A DNA stretch of 64,000 bases from Nitrosopumilales archaeon (GTDB lineage: Archaea > Thermoproteota > Nitrososphaeria > Nitrososphaerales > Nitrosopumilaceae), in NCBI GenBank assembly GCA_016276965.1, contig JADNRU010000001.1:14499-78498 (forward strand). Reading direction: 5' to 3'. Positions 1-8,524 of the stretch are shown here, one piece after another. A program made the translations under genes and the position numbers. The stretch's first letter is position 1; each line of letters starts with the position of its first letter. The notes beneath the pieces are model-generated. The model made no database searches, was not told the origin of the DNA, and saw nothing but the letters and a program-made list of their open reading frames with translations.

Positions 1-347
1 CTGGTGTTTCTCCAGGAATCGACGTTTCTTTTGACCACATTGGTCAGACTCACTGGAACAAACAATTAACATTACTCAAATTTGGCGCAACGTTGGTATC
101 CTGTGGTGCAACAACAGGATATGATGCAAAAATTGATCTAAGACACGTCTTCTTTAAAGGAACGAACATTTTGGGTTCAACTCAGGGAACAAGGGCCGAA
201 CTTGAACAAGGACTATATTGGATGGGACGAGGAAAAATTAAATCTGCAATAGACTCTGTACATCCATTTGAGAATGCAGCTGAAGCTCACACTAAAATGC
301 TAACAGGCAAAGGCCTCTTTGGCAAAATCTTAATGAAACCAGAATAA
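1..347 (+). CDS. MDR-superfamily (zinc-type alcohol dehydrogenase / enoyl-reductase-like) oxidoreductase, C-terminal fragment; the 5' end lies upstream of the window
   Basis: Frame 3 is open from base 3 (GVSPGIDVSFDHIGQTHWNKQLTLLKFGATLVSCGATTGY...). The C-terminus ...AEAHTKMLTGKGLFGKILMKPE is typical of MDR dehydrogenases. The TTG at 93 in the ORF track is only the first start-like codon. Confidence 0.7.
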   Translation, partial: GVSPGIDVSFDHIGQTHWNKQLTLLKFGATLVSCGATTGYDAKIDLRHVFFKGTNILGSTQGTRAELEQGLYWMGRGKIKSAIDSVHPFENAAEAHTKMLTGKGLFGKILMKPE

Positions 348-358
348 TCATAGACTGT

Positions 359-1216
359 ATGACACGGCTTTTTCGCAGCCTACTTTTTGTACCCGGTAAT
401 AACCCTAGGTTTCTAGAAAAAGCAAAATCATTAACTGCAGACATTGTTTGTTTTGATTTAGAAGATTCTGTTCCAGATAATGAAAAGAAAAAAGCCAGAA
501 AAATAATTGAGGAATCTCTAAAAACCCGTTCAAAATATTACTCTGAAGTTTATGTTAGGACAAATTCCCCCTCATCTGGAAAAATCTTAGATGATTTGGA
601 TGAAATTGTTAGAAAGGGAATCGATGGTATCGTAATTCCAAAGGTAAACACTGTAAAAGAACTCAAAAAAATTGAAAATATTCTATCTAGCCTTGAAAAA
701 AAGCGTAAACTTGGTCACATTGCACTTGTGCCTTCAATTGAATCAGCAGAAGGTGTGGTCAATACCTATGATATTGCCTCTTCAAGCAAGCGCATTTCTG
801 CAGTGATATTTGGTGTATTTGATTTGTTAAATGATATGGGAATTGAATATAAAAAAAATCCGGAAGGTGCAAAATACGCAAGAGCAAAAATCCCCCTTGA
901 TGCAAAAGCTGCTGGAGTTTATGCACTAGATGCAATATGGCAAGATTTGAAAGATAAGAAAGGTTTGAAAGAGGATTGTACAGCTGGAAGAAAACTTGGG
1001 TATGTTGGCAAAACATTAATCCATCCAGATCAAATTGACATAACGCATAAGGTCTTTCATCCAAACGAGACTGAGATCAAATGGGCACAAAAAGTTTACA
1101 AAACGTACTTGCAATCAACAAAAAAAGGAAAAGGTGCAACAACAGTAGATGGAAAGATGATAGATGAAGTGCATTTTAAAAGAGCTAAAGCACTTTTAGA
1201 TTTGGTTAAGAAATGA
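359..1216 (+). CDS. HpcH/HpaI aldolase / citrate lyase beta (CitE)-like acyl-CoA lyase
   Basis: 285 aa. N-terminal LFVPGNNPRFLEKA, DLEDSVP and later IHPDQI motifs are characteristic of CitE / malyl-CoA lyase-like proteins. Confidence 0.8.
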   Translation: MTRLFRSLLFVPGNNPRFLEKAKSLTADIVCFDLEDSVPDNEKKKARKIIEESLKTRSKYYSEVYVRTNSPSSGKILDDLDEIVRKGIDGIVIPKVNTVKELKKIENILSSLEKKRKLGHIALVPSIESAEGVVNTYDIASSSKRISAVIFGVFDLLNDMGIEYKKNPEGAKYARAKIPLDAKAAGVYALDAIWQDLKDKKGLKEDCTAGRKLGYVGKTLIHPDQIDITHKVFHPNETEIKWAQKVYKTYLQSTKKGKGATTVDGKMIDEVHFKRAKALLDLVKK

Positions 1217-1310
1217 TATGATAACTACTTTTTTCTAATTACAATATTTACAATACCAATACTCTTGAGGATTTTTTCGAGTGACTAGTTAAGATATTCT
1301 TTTTTCATAC

Positions 1311-3260
1311 TCATTTAATTCCACTAAGACTTGTAATATCTCGAGGGAAAAATAAATCAACAAACCAATCAAGTGCTACTCTAATTTTTTTCTCATTGCT
1401 AGGAAGGGTAGATAGATAGTATTGTCTCCAGATAAACCAGGCTAACAATCCCTTGATTTTACTACCCATTAAAAGAGCAACCCCATTTCTTTTACCAATT
1501 TTAGCCATAGAACCCTTACTATTGTAAACAAAGGATTTTTGAGCATTTGTTTCACCTTTAATAGAGGAAATAATATTTTCAGAAACAATCTTTGCTTCTC
1601 TTACAGCATGTTGTGCAGTTGGAGGATACGGTTTTCCAGTCCGCTTATCAATTATAGATGCACAATCACCAAGAGCAAATACATTAGGATGTTCTTTTAG
1701 TCGCAAAAAATTGTCAACTTCTAAACGTCCGTTTGGAGTATGTTTTGTTTCAAGTTTTGAAATTACAGGATCAACTGTAACTCCTCCCGCCCAAATTAGT
1801 GTGGCACATGGAATTTTCATTCCGTTATCTAGTTCAACATGATCACTATCAACATCAATTAATTTAGTTTTTTTAATAATTTCTACTCCATTTTTTTCTA
1901 AAGATCTCATGGCATATTCTCCAAGCTCTCCAATTTCTGGCAGGATTTTTTCACCAGCTGAAACCAAAATTATTCTTATTTTTTCCACATCTATATTTCT
2001 GTAAAATTTTTCTACAGATTCTCTAACAAAATCGTTAATCTCTCCTACTGTTTCAACACCAGAAAATCCTCCTCCTACAACAACAAATGTCATGAGCTTT
2101 GACATTAATTCTAAATCTTCTTCTTGATCTGCACTTTCAAGCATAGAGATAACTCTATTTCTTATATCGATGGCGTCTCCAAGAGTTTTAATCGTCAATG
2201 CATGTTTTTGAATATTTTCATTTCCAAAGAAATTAGTTTTTCCACCTAAGGCAATAACAAGATAATCAAAATCTAAATCTCGTTTGTTCTGGTCTAAACC
2301 TCGTGTTATTGTGACTTTTTTATTATTCAAATCTATAGAATCAACTTTAGCATGAAAGTATCGGGCTCTTTTACAAAATGTTCGAATCGGTGTTGCAATA
2401 TGTCTTGATGCAAGCATTCCTGTGGCCATTTCAGGCAACAATGGAGTATGGAGAAAAAAATTGTCTTTACTTATCAAACCTATACTGACATTAACATTAT
2501 TTTCAAAGGTCTCTTGAAGTTGTTTTAACACTCCAACGCCAGCATAACCTCCACCCAAAATCAGAATTCGTTTAATTGATTTTGATGGATTTTCATGAAC
2601 ATTTTCAACATGTTTTTCGTATGTTGAAATTTTTGAAAATTCTATTTCACACCTTCTACATCTAAAGTTTGCACCTAACTTTCTAGTCAAAATTGAGGCT
2701 AAAACACCAAAAGTTATGCCCCAAATAATGTGCATTATGAACGAATCAACCAAACTAGAGACAAAATTTCCCTTAACTAACTCTGACGCTTCAACTAAAG
2801 TCATTTGGGGATCCAGCTCTGATAGAATTTCAGCCATGTTTGGTCCTAATACCAATTGCGAAACAGGAATTGCAAATACCGCAAATACAATCACTCCTGC
2901 AAAAACACCGTAAAATAGACCATTTTTGAGCTTTGAGATATTGAATTTGAATATTTTATGAAGTAAAATACCCGTAACAATTCCGATAATTGTAGCAGCC
3001 AACATGTGAAATGCAAATCCCACTTCAGGTAAATTAGAACCCAAAACTTTTGCAATTACAAGCAAAGTGACAAAATATTGTGAACCAGTTGTGAAATCAA
3101 AAAATATTCTTGGCAAATGCATAGTGAGACCACCAATAATTGAACCAATAGCTACGAAAAAAATCTCTTTTTTCAGAGAGAAACCTACCCTCAGATAAAG
3201 AGATTTTTTATTTATCTTTAATTTAGTTTCAGAAGGTTTTGGATTTTTTTCTAGAGTCAT
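1311..3260 (-). CDS. Type II NADH dehydrogenase (NDH-2, FAD-dependent pyridine nucleotide-disulfide oxidoreductase) fused to an N-terminal polytopic membrane domain and a C2H2 zinc finger
   Basis: 649 aa. Residues ~30-195 contain four or more hydrophobic helices. FRCRRCEIEFSKISTYEKHVENVH fits C-X2-C-X12-H-X4-H. It is followed by Rossmann motifs ILILGGGYAGVG and VVVGGGFSGVE and by GDCA, as in NDH-2. Confidence 0.8.
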   Translation of the reverse strand: MTLEKNPKPSETKLKINKKSLYLRVGFSLKKEIFFVAIGSIIGGLTMHLPRIFFDFTTGSQYFVTLLVIAKVLGSNLPEVGFAFHMLAATIIGIVTGILLHKIFKFNISKLKNGLFYGVFAGVIVFAVFAIPVSQLVLGPNMAEILSELDPQMTLVEASELVKGNFVSSLVDSFIMHIIWGITFGVLASILTRKLGANFRCRRCEIEFSKISTYEKHVENVHENPSKSIKRILILGGGYAGVGVLKQLQETFENNVNVSIGLISKDNFFLHTPLLPEMATGMLASRHIATPIRTFCKRARYFHAKVDSIDLNNKKVTITRGLDQNKRDLDFDYLVIALGGKTNFFGNENIQKHALTIKTLGDAIDIRNRVISMLESADQEEDLELMSKLMTFVVVGGGFSGVETVGEINDFVRESVEKFYRNIDVEKIRIILVSAGEKILPEIGELGEYAMRSLEKNGVEIIKKTKLIDVDSDHVELDNGMKIPCATLIWAGGVTVDPVISKLETKHTPNGRLEVDNFLRLKEHPNVFALGDCASIIDKRTGKPYPPTAQHAVREAKIVSENIISSIKGETNAQKSFVYNSKGSMAKIGKRNGVALLMGSKIKGLLAWFIWRQYYLSTLPSNEKKIRVALDWFVDLFFPRDITSLSGIK

Positions 3261-3269
3261 CTAATACCA

Positions 3270-4595
3270 TTAGAATTGTTTGATGTAGCTTACCCATTCT
3301 TTCAATGCATTAACTGATTTTACCATCATCGGAGCATTTTGTTTGACAAATACAAGTTCATCTGAATTTGATCTTGGTGGATTCTGTTTGTAGTTATCAA
3401 ATGTCTTTTTGCCGTCATAATCAACAAAGGCAATCCTTGCACCATAATCATTAGGTTCCAGCAAGCAAGCATCGCCAGTTATAATTCCAATATGATGTGG
3501 ACAGCTAAGAGCTGATTCTCCTAACTGATTGGAAGTTGTTACACCTTTCTTTTTCAGATCATCTGCAAGTTCGTTAAAATCTGCAAAAAAGTAAAAACCT
3601 CCTTCTGGTTTTGTGGCTTTTATACCATCCACTTTATTCCATTCTTCACTTAGATATGTTCCCATAATTCTATGAATTTGTCTTGTTATGTTGATGTATT
3701 CTTCAATCTCTTCATTTGGTTCGTATGCTTTTATTGCTGCATATTGTGTAGGTGTTGAAACATTTGTGTAAACAGTAGCTGCTACTTTTTTAAAGTCATT
3801 TTCTAGTTCTTCTGTGCTTGTTGTAGGTAAGATACATGAACCTAGTCTGTATCCACCAGCAGATCTGTCTTTTGATAATCCATTTGTAATGAAGCTGCCT
3901 TCTGGATACACTAGACCCATACTAGTGAAATTATTTATTTCATAGGTATCTAATGCATAAATTTCATCTGCAATCACAAGAATGTTATGCTTTCTACATA
4001 CTTCAGCAATCTTTTCTAATTCCTTTTTTGTGTAAACAGTTCCTGTAGGATTGTGAGGATTGTTAAGTACCATCATGTGCTGCTCACTTTCAATTTTTGA
4101 AACAAACTCGTCTAAATCGTCTGGTTGAATTCTATAGTTGAATTCAGGTTTTAAATGAAAAATATGAAAATGTTTGTCAAGCAAAGTGATTTGAGGTCTA
4201 TAACCAATCCAAGACGGTGAGGGAAGAATTACTCCACCTTTGACTATATTTACTAGAGTATTGATCAAATCCTTCGTTCCTGGCCCTATTACGATTCTAG
4301 AAGGATCAACATCTATTCCAAAATGCCTTTTGTTAAAACCAGAAATTGCTTGACGAAGTTCTAAAATTCCTTCTGCTGCAGAATAATGTCCCTGATTTGC
4401 ACTTGATGCAAGAGCTTTGACTAATGGAGGAGGTACATGAAAAGGTGACTGACCAAACCCAAGAGCAAAATATTCTACATTACATCCCACACTAGCACAT
4501 TTTTTTCGTTGTTCTGCAATCATCAATCCCATTTTTAGATTATCAGGCATTACGATTTTTTTAACATGTGACTCTACAAGAATTTCATTGCCCAA
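3270..4595 (-). CDS. Class I/II pyridoxal-phosphate-dependent aminotransferase (aspartate/alanine aminotransferase-like)
   Basis: 441 aa. NPHNPTG, IADEIY and SKDRSAGGYRLG (PLP-lysine region) motifs are present. Confidence 0.85.
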   Translation of the reverse strand: MGNEILVESHVKKIVMPDNLKMGLMIAEQRKKCASVGCNVEYFALGFGQSPFHVPPPLVKALASSANQGHYSAAEGILELRQAISGFNKRHFGIDVDPSRIVIGPGTKDLINTLVNIVKGGVILPSPSWIGYRPQITLLDKHFHIFHLKPEFNYRIQPDDLDEFVSKIESEQHMMVLNNPHNPTGTVYTKKELEKIAEVCRKHNILVIADEIYALDTYEINNFTSMGLVYPEGSFITNGLSKDRSAGGYRLGSCILPTTSTEELENDFKKVAATVYTNVSTPTQYAAIKAYEPNEEIEEYINITRQIHRIMGTYLSEEWNKVDGIKATKPEGGFYFFADFNELADDLKKKGVTTSNQLGESALSCPHHIGIITGDACLLEPNDYGARIAFVDYDGKKTFDNYKQNPPRSNSDELVFVKQNAPMMVKSVNALKEWVSYIKQF

Positions 4596-4598
4596 TTT

Positions 4599-4769
4599 CT
4601 ATTCCCATTCATTTTGAAATGAAAACCCACAATTTGAGCATTTGTGAGCAACAATTTGTTCAACGATCTTTCCACTGCAGTTCGCAGGACATCCAATCCT
4701 AGATCTTACTTGTGCTCTAACTGGTTCCATAACACCATCACATTCTGAACAGTTCATGGTTTTATTCAT
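4599..4769 (-). CDS. Small Cys-rich zinc-ribbon protein, second of a tandem pair
   Basis: The track ORF 4599..4898 overlaps the upstream ORF, so the likely start is the ATG at 4769 (MNKTMNCSECDG...) or at 4757. It contains CSEC...CPANC...CSNCGFSFQNEWE-stop. The stop lies 4 nt before the aminotransferase start. Confidence 0.45.
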   Translation of the reverse strand: MNKTMNCSECDGVMEPVRAQVRSRIGCPANCSGKIVEQIVAHKCSNCGFSFQNEWE

Positions 4770-4947
4770 TCCAAATTCTGCCGCATTCCAAACATTTTCC
4801 ATTAAAGGAATTGTTGGTGCTATGAATTGAAATAAGAACTTCCAGATCTCCACAATAGGGGCATTGAAACCTAAAATCTGGATATTTTGTTCTTTCAAAA
4901 CTTAAAACGAAATGATTTTTTTCAAGTACTTGACTCATACCTTTCAA
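4762..4947 (-). CDS. Small zinc-ribbon protein (CPxC...CxxC-x3-W-x-E C-terminus), first of a tandem pair
   Basis: 61 aa from the TTG at 4947, or 58 aa from the ATG at 4938. FQCPYCGDLEVLISIHSTNNSFNGKCLECGRIWNE-stop has the same architecture as the ORFs at 30042 and 50991. Confidence 0.45.
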   Translation of the reverse strand: MKGMSQVLEKNHFVLSFERTKYPDFRFQCPYCGDLEVLISIHSTNNSFNGKCLECGRIWNE

Positions 4948-5035
4948 AAATTAGGATTCTATTTAGGGATATTTCCAAATTAATTTGGTCTTAATTTGGA
5001 TAAATTTCTATAAACCATTTTCATGATTAACTATC

Positions 5036-5398
5036 ATGTCTCAAATCGAAAGTCAATATGATGAGTTTGTAAGAGAATTTGGAACCAAACTAGGAAAAAT
5101 TGACATTTCTCTTGCCTTACAAACAATGTATTATCAGAGAAAGTTTCAAGACACAAAACCCAAAGTTGACCTACGAGTATGCTATAGAGAAGGAACCGAT
5201 CTAGAGTCAAAGCGTTTAGAACTTGATAGACATTTTGCTTGTGCCTCAACAACATATGTAAAAAAACAATTTGGAATGCCAGAATGTGAAAGAATTTTGA
5301 AGGTAGAATGTCTTGCTGATCTTGACACTATTCACAAAATTTCAAAGGATCCAGACGTAGATTTCATTGCAGGTTCTGCATCTATTGCCTCATATTAG
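5036..5398 (+). CDS. Hypothetical protein
   Basis: 120-aa ORF in an otherwise uncovered interval with coding-like composition. No motif recognised. Confidence 0.5.
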   Translation: MSQIESQYDEFVREFGTKLGKIDISLALQTMYYQRKFQDTKPKVDLRVCYREGTDLESKRLELDRHFACASTTYVKKQFGMPECERILKVECLADLDTIHKISKDPDVDFIAGSASIASY

Positions 5399-5490
5399 AT
5401 GCGATTAAAGAAACAATTAAAGTTTACAATTACACATTCAAAGATGAGATTTTGAAATAACTTTTTTTTCTATGAACGCACTAATGAATT

Positions 5491-5922
5491 ATGGAACGAG
5501 CATATGTTTTAATTAATTGTGATCTAGGAACTGAAAAATTCGTAATTGATGAAATTAAGAATTTAACAAATGTAAGGGAAGTCTATGGAACCTGGGGACC
5601 TTATGATGTTATTGCTACTGTTGAATCTAATAAACCTGAAATGGTCACACAAACAGTTATAGGGAAAATTAGGAAATTAGATCATATCAGGTCCACCTGT
5701 ACCTTAATAGAAACGGAAGAAGGTGTCAAAAAAGATATGATGAAAGCTGAATTAATTCCAGATATTATACCAGAGGAAAAAAAACCTCTAGAACCACCCT
5801 CAGGTATGGATGAGGAATTTGATCAAGAAGACAATGATGAGGATTATGACGACAAAAATTATTCTACGAAAAAAAAGAAACATTACACAGATGTCTATAA
5901 AAAAAGATACAGAGAAAAATAA
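5491..5922 (+). CDS. Stand-alone Lrp/AsnC-type ligand-binding (RAM) domain protein with a highly charged C-terminal tail
   Basis: N-terminal MERAYVLINCDLGTEKFVIDEIKNLTNVREVYGTWGPYDVIATVE resembles the AsnC_trans_reg/RAM fold. The tail is acidic (DEEFDQEDNDEDYDD) and then basic (KKKKHYTDVYKKRYREK). Confidence 0.6.
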   Translation: MERAYVLINCDLGTEKFVIDEIKNLTNVREVYGTWGPYDVIATVESNKPEMVTQTVIGKIRKLDHIRSTCTLIETEEGVKKDMMKAELIPDIIPEEKKPLEPPSGMDEEFDQEDNDEDYDDKNYSTKKKKHYTDVYKKRYREK

Positions 5923-5929
5923 TTTTTAA

Positions 5930-6592
5930 TTACTTCTTATTATTTAAGCCAAAGATTGCATGACCTTGTTTTAGTTTTATTATTGGAAGATAAGTATACC
6001 CATGTTGGAATTTGTCGGTAAACACAGGAGCTTTTGTATCTTGTAATGAGTATTGAAGAAATGGTTTTACTGGTTCTTTATCCAGTATAACATGATTAAA
6101 AAAGTAAACAACATCTTCTAAATCAAGTGAGGTAATGTATCCAATTACCCATTTGCCTTTTCTTGGAAATGAAAAAAGAGTTATATCTAGTTCATCTGGC
6201 ATTTCTGGATCATAAGTTAATCTTGCTAGACTTCCTAAATCTTCTACTTGAATAGTATTGAATTTATCTTCAATTTTTTTTGGATTTATGTTAAATGCTG
6301 ATGGAAGTGAATGAAGATGTATAATGGGTGCGTAGTTAGAAATTGCCTTAGGAGAATTTACGATATCAGCTTCCTCTTTTCCACCTTTAGCAGAATATGA
6401 GACATATCTTCCACTTTTTGGGGCTTTAGTATAAAACGAAAGTAAGGATTTGGTAAGAACACGCCTACTTGATAATACTTTTTCGCCATTCAACTCATGA
6501 GAATAAACTCTAAGGGGACTCTCTCTAAAGGTACAAACATATCTTGCGAAACTTGCAAAATCAGCAGTTTCAATAAAAAACTGAGTTAGCAA
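5930..6592 (-). CDS. Hypothetical protein
   Basis: 220-aa ORF (TTG start) filling the interval. No motif recognised. Confidence 0.55.
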   Translation of the reverse strand: MLTQFFIETADFASFARYVCTFRESPLRVYSHELNGEKVLSSRRVLTKSLLSFYTKAPKSGRYVSYSAKGGKEEADIVNSPKAISNYAPIIHLHSLPSAFNINPKKIEDKFNTIQVEDLGSLARLTYDPEMPDELDITLFSFPRKGKWVIGYITSLDLEDVVYFFNHVILDKEPVKPFLQYSLQDTKAPVFTDKFQHGYTYLPIIKLKQGHAIFGLNNKK

Positions 6593-6669
6593 CAGACTAA
6601 AACGGATTGGTAGTAATTAAAACCTAATTCTCTAGTAAACAATTTCTAGATAGACAAAATAATGGTAAT

Positions 6670-7518
6670 ATGGAAAAAAAGATCTGTTGGGCCAATACTG
6701 ATGATTTTGGAGAATCAGATATTGTAATAATTGGAATACCAGATGAATCTCAATCCCATTCTTTAAGAAAAGGAGCATCTGAGGGTCCGCACTTTATCCG
6801 AGAAGTTTCTAACATCCGAGATTCATACACTAGAGACGGAAAAAAATCTCTTGGACTTCCGTCTTCGGGACCTTTACAAAAAAAAGTTTTCGATTATGGA
6901 GACATTTCTAGAGATAAGATCGAACAAGTTTATGATAAAATAATTTCAAATTCCAAGACTCCGATTACAATTGGTGGAGATCATTCTATTTCAAGGGAGG
7001 TTATAAAATCAATATCAAAATCAAAAGGGCCTCTTTCTTTGGTTTATTTTGATGCTCATCCAGATTTTGTAAGCTCAACTACGAATTATTACGGGTCTGT
7101 CTTTTATGATGTGCTTCCCCACATTGACATAAAGTCTAGTCTTCAGATTGGAATAAGAACACCAGAAAAAGAAGAACTAGATAACATAAAAAAATACAAT
7201 CTGAAAGTTATTACACCATTTGAAATAGCTGAAAAAGGAGTAAAGGAGATTTCAAATTCTATTTTAGAAACAATTGGAAAAAATGTTTACATCTCTTTTG
7301 ATATGGATTGTATCGACCCAGCTTATGCACCAGGTGTTTCCGTTCCTGTACCAATGGGTCTAAAAAACTTAGAGGCAACATATCTACTAAAATCAATTGT
7401 TAAGGAAGGAATTGTTGGCATAGATATAATGGAGGTTTGTCCAAGCTATGACATCAAAGACAGAACTTCACATCTTGCATCCCGAATGATTGCAGAAATT
7501 ATTAACGCATGTAAATAA
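6670..7518 (+). CDS. speB: Agmatinase / arginase-family ureohydrolase
   Basis: GGDHSIS, DAHPDF and SFDMDCIDPAYAPGV are the canonical Mn-binding motifs of the ureohydrolase family. Confidence 0.85.
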   Translation: MEKKICWANTDDFGESDIVIIGIPDESQSHSLRKGASEGPHFIREVSNIRDSYTRDGKKSLGLPSSGPLQKKVFDYGDISRDKIEQVYDKIISNSKTPITIGGDHSISREVIKSISKSKGPLSLVYFDAHPDFVSSTTNYYGSVFYDVLPHIDIKSSLQIGIRTPEKEELDNIKKYNLKVITPFEIAEKGVKEISNSILETIGKNVYISFDMDCIDPAYAPGVSVPVPMGLKNLEATYLLKSIVKEGIVGIDIMEVCPSYDIKDRTSHLASRMIAEIINACK

Positions 7519-7519
7519 T

Positions 7520-7879
7520 CTATTTACAATTATTTGATTTTTCTACCATTTCATTAAAAACATGCATATTAGATTCCAATTTTGGAGAAAGAAAATAACT
7601 CATTCCATACTTGTCACCAATTGTATGAAGCAAATTATTTTTCACCAATATATTGATGTGACGTTGAACAACTTTGTAATCTAAACCAAGCTCCTCAGAT
7701 AATTGATTGGTATTACATGATCCATTTTGTAATCGTGAAACAATCTTTACCCTATTTATGCAACCTCTTGAACCAGCAAAAACAGACCATAGCAACATTT
7801 TCACTTGTTTCTGCTTTTCATAATCAATACTATTTACATTGGTAAATGTAGATGGTTTGATCAATTTTCCCAGAACCAA
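7520..7879 (-). CDS. ArsR-type winged-helix transcriptional regulator
   Basis: 119 aa. NTNQLSEELGLDYKVVQRHINILVKNNLL is a typical HTH recognition region. Confidence 0.65.
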   Translation of the reverse strand: MVLGKLIKPSTFTNVNSIDYEKQKQVKMLLWSVFAGSRGCINRVKIVSRLQNGSCNTNQLSEELGLDYKVVQRHINILVKNNLLHTIGDKYGMSYFLSPKLESNMHVFNEMVEKSNNCK

Positions 7880-8050
7880 TTTGTCAAAGAGTGGACCAAT
7901 TTACGAGGCATTGTAGATTGGCTTTAAAAATGCTAAATGCTATAAAACCAGTTATCCAAATTTTGACCAGATTTTATAAAAAAAATCCAGATTTGAAAAA
8001 ACGTAATATGGAAATTGGTTTAAATACATTCTTCTTTTTTAAAAAATAAA

Positions 8051-8497
8051 TTGGCACAAGTTAAGTTCATCAACAATAAAGAACAAAAAAACACTGAAAC
8101 TGAATCCACAGTTTCTGTATGTGATATTATGAAAAATAATACTTCAACAATAATAAAAAAAATGGAATCTCAAATACCCTCGTATGTTCAATCTTATTCT
8201 GATCTTTATTCTGAATATCTTCATTCTTTAGATGATCTTTTTGGAACATGCTATATTGCTGAAAAGGAATTTTTCGATAAATTAGGATTTGATCAAAACA
8301 CACTCAAAGCATATGACAGTTATTTTAAATCGATTACAGGATATTATTTATCACAAATTGAATTTTCTACTTCATTTCTAAGAACTTATGTTCAAACGCG
8401 AATTTCAGCAATAAAATCATATGATAGCTATATGCATGTCATGATGAATTCTTATGCAAAAATACTATCACAATTTTCAGAAACATTTAAAAAATAA
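8051..8497 (+). CDS. Hypothetical protein (helical, Tyr/Ser-rich)
   Basis: 148-aa ORF (TTG start) in an uncovered interval. No motif recognised. Confidence 0.5.
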   Translation: MAQVKFINNKEQKNTETESTVSVCDIMKNNTSTIIKKMESQIPSYVQSYSDLYSEYLHSLDDLFGTCYIAEKEFFDKLGFDQNTLKAYDSYFKSITGYYLSQIEFSTSFLRTYVQTRISAIKSYDSYMHVMMNSYAKILSQFSETFKK

Positions 8498-8524
8498 ACA
8501 TTTTTTGCGCAAAAGGTAGTCAGA

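Noticed and set aside
759-1064. Antisense ORFs lying wholly inside well-supported genes. Examples: 759-1064, 2716-2913, 9109-9453, 9553-9876, 10903-11091, 12512-12907, 13525-13744, 13843-14058, 14225-14491, 14666-14887, 16229-16579, 17450-17641, 18273-18473, 18802-18984, 19288-19500.
   Set aside because: Each is nested on the opposite strand, or in another frame, of a gene with clear family motifs. Their translations are low-complexity (Phe/Ile/Ser/Leu-rich) and motif-free. These are typical shadow ORFs in AT-rich DNA.
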